From positions 72,416,001 through 72,480,000 of the forward strand of contig OZ260664.1 of the NCBI GenBank assembly GCA_965285935.1: a stretch of DNA of 64,000 nt, written 5' to 3'. How positions within the stretch are numbered: the first letter of the stretch is position 1; every line of letters begins with the position of its first letter. Position numbers and translations under genes: made by a program. Positions 55,201 to 64,000 of this stretch are shown here, piece after piece. Below the pieces are notes generated by a model. That model was not told the DNA's origin and did no database searches. It worked only from the letters and a program-made list of their open reading frames with translations. The DNA comes from Ophelia neglecta. Lineage: Eukaryota.

Positions 55201-58200
55201 CTTGCCTGCTCTTTATTCATGCGATACAAAGGAAATAAATAACGTGCTCCTCTAATATCTACTAGCTGGTAGGGAAGAAATTATTATTTTAACATCCGCG
55301 TTATTCCATTTTTTCCGCCTATACATTAACTTTTACATTTCCGGGCATTGTTTTACCACATTGACCGGCGCAGTCGCCGAGTACCCCTGATGATAATTGT
55401 ACAGAACACGAGCATCCATGAGCAACGAAGTTGATTTTAGCACCTGGGCATGGAGCTAACATGGACGTTATTTCTGCTCACGATTAGAGAATCTATCGGT
55501 TAAACAATAAACTGCCCAGAGTAGAGCGGCCGCAGCGGAATGTCAGCTAAATCATGACTGAATTGCAATTCTCCGAAAATGATCACTGGTGTGCAATAGA
55601 AAACCAATGAAACATACATGAATTATGTTACTTGTGGTCGTAGTCCTTCATGTTTAACTACTTAAGCTTGGATTTTAGTGCAACTTCAGGCACTAAATGT
55701 CCTGCTTCATCGATAATTGCTTAGGGCGATTTCAATAGGTTAAACGAGTTCACATTGAAGTGATACGCTCATCATTCGTTTCACATCCTGTATTTCACAA
55801 GCAGCTTCTATATTGGAATGCCTTGGCAATTGGGCCATTTATTGTGGACACCAAGTCAATAAGTAGTACAGCCTGAATGCATACAATAAAAAACGTTAAT
55901 AAGTTAGGCCTACATGTATGTAGTAATTGATAGGCCTAGTTGCTAACTTCCTTTTGTAGATATGGCTCCGTTTATAATGAATAGTATTTTCGTAATGACA
56001 TACAGTGCTTTCACATTTCTGTTGACATTGACGGTGGCCATTCATGTTCTATTTTCATAATTATTCTCTAAGAGGGAGAATAATGCTGCATTAAGAGTGC
56101 GTAGTAATGTCTCCCTGATCTCAGGCCACGGCGTACATAGTATTTAAAAAAGTACAGTATCTATTGTACATTCCGAGCCTTGGCTGACCTGCATTGTTGT
56201 GCTATTTATCATGACTACTACAGGCCAACATCCAACTGTGTAGTTCTGTAACTTCCGCCTACCCACTCAAATATCCATCCGCCTGTCAGTCGATGAATTG
56301 GTTCAATGCAGTGATTGATGAGAAAGGGTGCGGTCGTCTGACAGACCAACAGACTAAACATGACACTTACAATTTAAATGAATCGTGTGCAGGCAATGAT
56401 CAGGTTCATGTGACATGAACGGGAAATATAATTCATCATTTATGCACTATGCAAGTTCTTCCGGCTCCCGATGTAAAGGACCCGTATGGTATTGGTTGAT
56501 AGTTATTCGCATGGTCTAATCTCAACATCCAATTTGTTCCCTGACAGTTTTTTCGTATGTTCTATTGCACAACAATGTTTTTAATAACGTATATAAGACA
56601 GAATGGATCTTGTGGTAGCCGCTCAGGTGTCCCTGAAATAAGTATTGATGTTGCTCCATTAATATTAGCCAATGGTATTATGCCAATTTTCGGAGTCCTG
56701 AGAATAAAGATCCCCCTTCTTATTATAGCTGTACCGTTTGTGACTAACTCAGGCATACAGTTTTGTTCGTTTTAAATGATATTATATATTATATTTTAAT
56801 ACACAGACATAAAAGGATAAAAGAACCATGATAAGAACTTGTCTAATGATATCTGTATATCAATTCATTGTGCTGAATGAGTTGCAGATTAGAATTCTAC
56901 ACAATTAACATCATATACTGTAGTAGGCCAGTAAGGTATAGTTAACTCGTAAGTAGTGTGCATTATGATATGACGTAACCAAAGTGGCCGCACTGAAATT
57001 ACTTTATGATAATAAGCGCTCGGTTAATATCACTTGCTCCTGACCAATTGCAAATTGCTTCGTACACCACACAGCGCGAGAAATCAATCCATATTCATTT
57101 TTCCATTAGGAAAAGAGTAATTGTGGTCAATAATAAAGTGTAATTTCATGCAGTCGGCATAACCTGATCTACCATATAAAATGTGTTTTTCTTGTACTCT
57201 GCTTGACTTTTATAGCAACCAAAATAAAATAGTCGTCCCTGTCTAGCTATTGGCATTTTAACGTCGTCGTTTAGGATAGTTTGGACAATTAACTAAATAT
57301 ATTATCAAAGTCCGCTCATCTGAATATGATATTAATAAACTATCATCCATTTTGGATAGCAGGAATGGCGCCATGTTGTTGGTGCCAACCACGGTATATG
57401 CGATTGACCTATAGGCGTAGATGGGTTTTTAGCACCCCAAATAGCTACTCATGTTGCTATATAAACCATGTGTGCTGTTTACAGTGTGAACTATACTCTT
57501 TCCAAAGAAATTGCCCGCCGGTTTATGATTATTCCATCAATGTCCCTCTGAAAATTGTCCATGTCCTGCAATCCAGGACCTAAGATCTCTTTAATCAACT
57601 TTAGATAAATGTTTGAAGGGTTTGATGAACAAGTTTTAATAGAACAGCAAAGGCATATTTAACGATAAAAAATAAATCATTGAAATTCTACTCCAAAAAA
57701 TACTGCCAGAAATGTAAGAAATGGTATTTCCTATCAAAGCGTCACCAGTGAATGCTACCTTTATGTATTGATTGCACATGTTACAGTTTAACATGATAAA
57801 ATGAAATATATACACGCTCAAGTTTTTGAATAATATTTATATCTTAACCACATGGGAAAATGCACAATTAACATTGTAACGATCTTTTTCGCGATGACTA
57901 AATATTATCTTTTCGGCATTATGATTCATTGACTCCACGGACAATTTATAAATTGAGTAAAGTTAAAGAATCAAGTTATGCTAATGGTTATCGTTTACAT
58001 TTGGCGGATCTGAATCGAGAAAACAATAGTTCTCTGGATATATAAAAAATTATACAAGTGGCAAGTTAGTAACATAATATCGTAACTCTCGGTTGAAAAT
58101 CCTGTAGACATACGTTTGAGTCTGTTTGCTTCTATGGCAGTCCAAACAAAAAAACAAGATACACTGATTTATTCCAAGAAATCACAAAGTTGTAGGATAG

Positions 58201-61200
58201 AAGTAAGCATTATCTGCGAATGCATTCTGGAAAATATGAACAATTAAGGAGTCAAGGAAAAATTTAACTTGGATTTGATTTGCCTTCCCCTATCAAATTT
58301 GTCACACCAAAAACGTTATGTGAGTAACGCAGTTTCAGTACCTACATAATAATGATCGTGGAATGTGTATATTATACTGAATGTCCTCATGCATGCGAAT
58401 TTTGACCTTACCCAGTGTAAAAGTGTATAAAGCCATCATACAATAAAAATTCTTACGATGTGGCTAAAATGTGTTCCCTTATAATGTTCTTGCATAAATT
58501 GTGATGGATTACAGACATATGCGAAAGGCTCTTCGGATTGCGGGATTCATTTGAAATAAATATGAATGTTGCCGATTCAGTCGATGTCGCAAAGTAACTA
58601 TAGCCTTCAGAACATATTAAAATCACATGCATGTATTTTATCACAGAAGTTGAATTTATTAAAAACAATCTGTAATGGGAACGAATCCTAAGAAATACTT
58701 TGGAAAGAGCATTTTACAAGCCACCTAAAGAATTCGTGCTGTCTAATTTAGATTCTAGAAGGAGGTGCTCTACAAAGAACAGAAAGCTGGCTGTAAGAAG
58801 ACACTATTGATTTCTTTTTTCACTTTTATCTGCGAATGCAACGCTTCAAAGAGCCACCCTTAATAGAAAGGATTAAAAGCGAATTTAGCGTGGTGCCAGT
58901 AAAGGGTGATAAGTGGTGCCCATTCACTCTAACAACTTAGTGTAAGTAAATGTGATTGATGGAAAAGATAAGGCCATCCAGCTAACTGAGAAATGGCATT
59001 TCTCGGTTTTCTATCCATTTATACCAGGGGCGTAATAAAAAAACGTTGGAGAGAATCCCACTAAGATGAGAACGCATTTGATTTATTTTGCAGGAACATG
59101 ATTTGAATCATTTAAAACAAGTTGTTACTTCGAATGCATCACGTTACACTCTCCTAGAATAAAACATAATATTGATGTATTCTATTCAAGTTCTACGGTT
59201 AAAGCTATCTTTTTTAAAAAATCAAGTAAGTCCATTGTGAAAAACAGATTTACTTTTCCGAATGGAGTGATACTTTGGTCGTTCAATAAGACTTAGTTTA
59301 ATTGTCAAACTGCCATTTTCCAATTTATTTCATTGTGAATATCCAAATGTACAAAAATTGTGTTGAGACAGAATGTGCGATTCAAAGATTATAATTACTA
59401 TGGTCGGAAACTTGGACACTCATTATTGAGACTGCTGTGTGTAATTATTTCCACAGATCGACCTGTATTTATAACCAAAGTCTTTAGGCATAATTTCATA
59501 AGTTAATAATCAACTCGTCAAGAAGATGACAGTAAAGTATTGGATAATGCCATGCAATTGTGAAATAGGAAAATACTTTGATTATGACATCAGGTCGTGG
59601 ATTACACGCGGCAATACATTTGTTATTGATAGAAAATAAAATAATATATTTGCGATGCTGTACCATGTCTGAATTCACCTCTCCAGCAGGTACGTAGGAC
59701 ATGCAGTTGGAAATTCCAAATTCTGTTGTGTTCTGAGAACGGCATGAGAAATCGCTTATGGAACCATCAAACTTACATATGAGGAATTAGTCAGGACAGG
59801 ATGGACGAGCTTGCTAATCTTCGAATAATGCATCGTATGTTTGAAATTGAACATTCTGGTAGTGAAGATGTAGCCCATATACTGGTTTCCAAAATTGGAA
59901 CAATTCGACATCAAGAGTACGATTCCTAGGTAGAAGACTATATTGAAGCATATGAACTACAGAATCCTTTTAAGAAATGCTAGACATTGTACTCAATAGA
60001 TATTAATACCATTTGAAAAGTATATTACTTTTAGTATGAACAATTATGCAAATTATATGGGAAAATAAGGTTAACTTTCAAAGATAAATGTTGTGATTGT
60101 GCATGCACCAAAACAGTGCCCGCTTTCCTAGACGCTTGGTGATTAATGTAAAAATGATTATTATGAGTGGAAAAATAATAATAATGCCAGGGTAACTAAT
60201 TAAACCAATAAAGTATATATAGGCCTATATATTATTGTGCTTTAACAAACACTTTTCCATATAAGGAGCCAAGAAACGCACCGAAACTGACCATTGTGGC
60301 ACATGTTTGACCCATCGGAATCCTTCTAACAAACATAAACTAGAAGGAGATTGGTACTACGAACAACCTAGCACGAGGGCCACGGTTTTCCTAAAAAGTC
60401 ATTGAAATGAGAATCCGGAACAGATCTTAGGCAAATATCCTCGCTAGGGAATATCAATAAAAGTACAATGTGAGCAGTTTTAATATCGTAACATCGCAAA
60501 ACTGCTTGCACTGGAAAAATTGACTGGTTTAATTCTGAATTAACCAAAAAATAAGGAATAGATAAATCGAAATAAAATTCGTCATTCCCATCACGTTCCT
60601 GAAAACTTACGCGTTAACAATAAGCGTGTCATATTTAAAGCTCTTTATTTAAGCATATGAAAGTATAATTATTCTGATTCCTTATAGAACTACTGCGGTT
60701 CCTAATAAAAAAAATCTAAGATTAAGCTTGATCCGATATATTTAGGAATTATTTTTTCGTTTTTCCTTGTCTTGTTCCACAGCATTATGGATTACTGCCG
60801 GGGCAATACAAAAATATAAAAGATTTATGCATTCATGGGACTTTTAAACTTTGACTGCAACGACAAATTGCGTTCAGAGGACAACTCTATTTATGAATTC
60901 GCTCATTGTTAGTTGAAGTGGATACGTTTTGCAATTTTCGCAGTTAATGCTATGATTGAGTACTTGTTCAGGTGCTACGAGAGGAACCAGGCAATACATC
61001 TTGATCAAATTACAACAGATACCGATAACTTGTGATTCGTTGTGGATCCTACAATGAAGTAACTATAGGGGTACAGCAAATGTCTTTACAGCGCACAATC
61101 TCATAATAGTTGGTGTTCTCTCAGACATGAATCTCAATTTCAAAATATCGATAGAATATGTTGTGAACTTTAATTTACTCCATTTGAACACAGTGTTCTC

Positions 61201-64000
61201 CTTATTTTTTGATAAGAATCCAGGTGTAAAATCTTTAACGAAAATTAAAAGATAAAAACTAATTATAGACTAATTTAAGATTTGAGGACCGCTAGAAGTT
61301 GTGCGTATTTCTTCCGTTTGTTTTGTATCTTATCCCTACTAGTTTCTTACATAAAAATATGTAGCAAAATGTATATGTAGCTTACACAGATATTGCCGGA
61401 AGGTGCCAAGATGCGTTAATGCATGATCTTAGATATTCATATTTGCCATGGTCAACTAGCAGACAACCTAGGAAGTTTTAAAAGAGCAATGTCTGGGTGA
61501 AAGTGCCAACCCATGGACTTGGTTTTAATTTTCATTAAACGGCCTTTAATAAATATTCTAAGCTAGGCCCCGAATCGTGTCCTGGATTACATACTCAATC
61601 CCGGGTCGTTTGGTACATTATATGTGTTAAGTACTGGGTTATCTGCTTGTGTACCAGCACAACAGACTTGCAATAAATGCTATCCCCAAAGGTTTTCCCA
61701 TCTTGGTCTATGCGGTCCAAACCCTCGTTTGTTTTGTGATTTGCAGACGTCGTAGAAACTTTAGACTGTTTCTCATGATGGATTGAGTAATTCAGCTTGA
61801 ATGTTTAAAATAGGATTTGTTGAACTGGGCACTGATTTGTTCTTGTTTGATTTGATAGGCTTGTATTCCAGCTGACGGTTTCCTGTTTAATGTATGCTCT
61901 AAACCCTGTTTGTCGTTGCTGTTAAATTGTTAGCTGTCAAATCTCATACAAATTGGCATCATAATGATTCAAGGTGCAGTTTAAATTATTCATAACTGTC
62001 TATTCAGCTAATTTTATTTGGAATTTGACCAGTATTTCTTGGGTGCATATTTTTCTTAACCCTTTTTGCCCTGAAAATTTCTTAATGTTACTTGTATTAA
62101 ACCAGATTAACGGCAGAGTATTAGTCGACATTAGGGCCGGCCATTTACCCCAGCCCTTATGAACATAGCGTCTGTCGTTGAGTGCAAACTCTCAGGTGTA
62201 AGTTACACTACACTGGCAATGCTTTTTTCCCTCCGATACAGCCATGTGCGCCCTAAAACATTATGTATTCCCATCCGTGATCATGCCATTGTGTCATACT
62301 GCCTGGGCGGGTTATGAAGGCCAGCCTAGACCGTCAAATGTTTAAAACGGCTCTTATACCCAGCTCACCTCTAGGGGCAGGGATGTGACCCCCAGCACAA
62401 TAAACGAAGATGATGGATTTGACCAGGGCTGACACTGCTCCCATCCAATCCATTTATTTGCTTTATATTAGGGCAATGCAGCTTGATGAGAGGCTTATCA
62501 TTCGTGAACAGAATACCACATTGCATGAGCGTAGAGGAATAGCCTTACAAATTAGCCTGCAAGAAATACACAATGTGTACGCTCAATGGCAGGACATTAA
62601 CCACACTATGAGATCTTACGAAAGGTGTATTGATAAATGTTACAAGCAGGGTAACATTTAATATCAGACAATGAATTTTAATTAATAGAAGGCAATTTAC
62701 CGGTTTGATTGATGATATTAAGGTGCTCGGAAACGGAGGTATTTCGTGTAATGTTTACCAATTTAAATTCACATTGAAGAAGAATAAAATGGCAAAGAAA
62801 TTATACCAGTGTCGTATTGTGACATTAATGTTTCATTCGCGAATAGCATTGATCCGTTTCATGTCATAATTAACTAAAAGATGAAGTCCGTAATCCATTG
62901 AACAGAACAGGATCATTATCAAATTCTTTGAAATGCCATTTTAGCTCCAAGCAGTCAAAGAGGGATCATGCTGTCTGTTCTACTGAAATGATGGTCTCCC
63001 AGGAGATGACCGAAAAAGAACTTTAATCCCTTTTGCTTTGAAACATGACGGTAGCCATCAGTAATTACTGCGGCTGTTCGTGTGTTGTCAACCGATTTGA
63101 ATTCAAAGAGGCAAAAAGAGGAAAAGCCGATGAGAATGCAAGCGGTGTAGTTTTAGCTTTTTAATATCAACTGCCACAGTAATAAGCTCACATCTTATTG
63201 TGACTAGTCTCCAACCGAACCTTGAGAACATTTTTTTGCGGTTTGCACTCGGTGGGCAATCTATTGCTCGACAGCGTTTATGTTAATTATCACAGAGAAT
63301 TTGTAATGCAAGACTGTTGTGCTTGCTTGATAGGTTATCACTTTTTTGGTTTTTGGCGTGTCCCATTTAGCAGCAAAATCATGATTTCATAACTCTTCAA
63401 GCAAGGTATGATATATCCGTGAAGCAGTGCGAAACGAAAGATGTCCAATGACCTTAGTAATGATGTTTACCGCCATCAATTGTTTTTCCAAAGGCTTGTT
63501 TCTTTATGTATCGCCGCCTTCATTTTACTTTTAAATTATTGTTGGCACGTGATTATATGACGATTAAAAAGACAGCAAAACCCCTTCGATCTTCCTCTGA
63601 CCAACGACATAATACCCCCGAGAAAGCTACACTCGCCGTGAAAATAGACAAATCAGTCGCCAGACAAGCGAGTCAGCATACTTCTACCAATCTGTCGGCC
63701 AACCCAACCTCTTTATATCGGGTCTGGCATCCTTGTCACGACAAAATGTCACTCTTCAGGCTACATTAACCTGATATAAAGCCAATACTAAGCCTGTAGA
63801 AGAATGACGGACGTGCAGCAAGAGATACGAACAGTTCGGTTATATGTGTGATTAAAGGGCCGTTTTATTACTTGTCCCAACGAACGATCTTTCATTGAAT
63901 ATAAGACGAAGAAAAATAAGCGTCATAACCATTGTAATATCAACATTCACTTTGAATCTTTCCTCTTAGTGACCGGAAGTTCATTCAAAGTTTTTGAGAT

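Noticed and set aside
1-64000. CRISPR arrays, prokaryotic operons, rRNA or tRNA genes
   Set aside because: No regularly spaced repeats, gene-dense organisation, recognisable rRNA sequence or tRNA cloverleaf seen by eye; tRNAscan-SE/Infernal would be needed to exclude small RNAs.

Overview
AT-rich eukaryotic genomic DNA, most likely from an invertebrate animal. It is mostly intronic or intergenic, with one 154-nt assembly gap (13212-13365), and nearly all short ORFs in the track look like noise. The dominant feature is a young, apparently full-length ~5.2-kb non-LTR retrotransposon on the + strand (37669-42881). It has a 484-aa ORF1 and an APE endonuclease-RT-CCHC ORF2 broken by one in-frame TAA, followed by a 3' stem-loop, AATAAA and a (TA)n tail. 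It is flanked by two identical 184-bp direct repeats (37485-37668 and 42882-43065), which read as an exceptionally long target-site duplication close to one nucleosome repeat in length. Near the left end, two paralogous minus-strand exons (481-553 and 5248-5328) encode similar hydrophobic N-termini (W..xVL..xQLLLYCGxG) ending in phase-1 GTAAG donors, with only synonymous differences in the core. They suggest a host gene with duplicated or alternative first exons that runs off the left edge. The rest holds small local duplications, MITE-like remnants, G-rich tracts and weak exon candidates.
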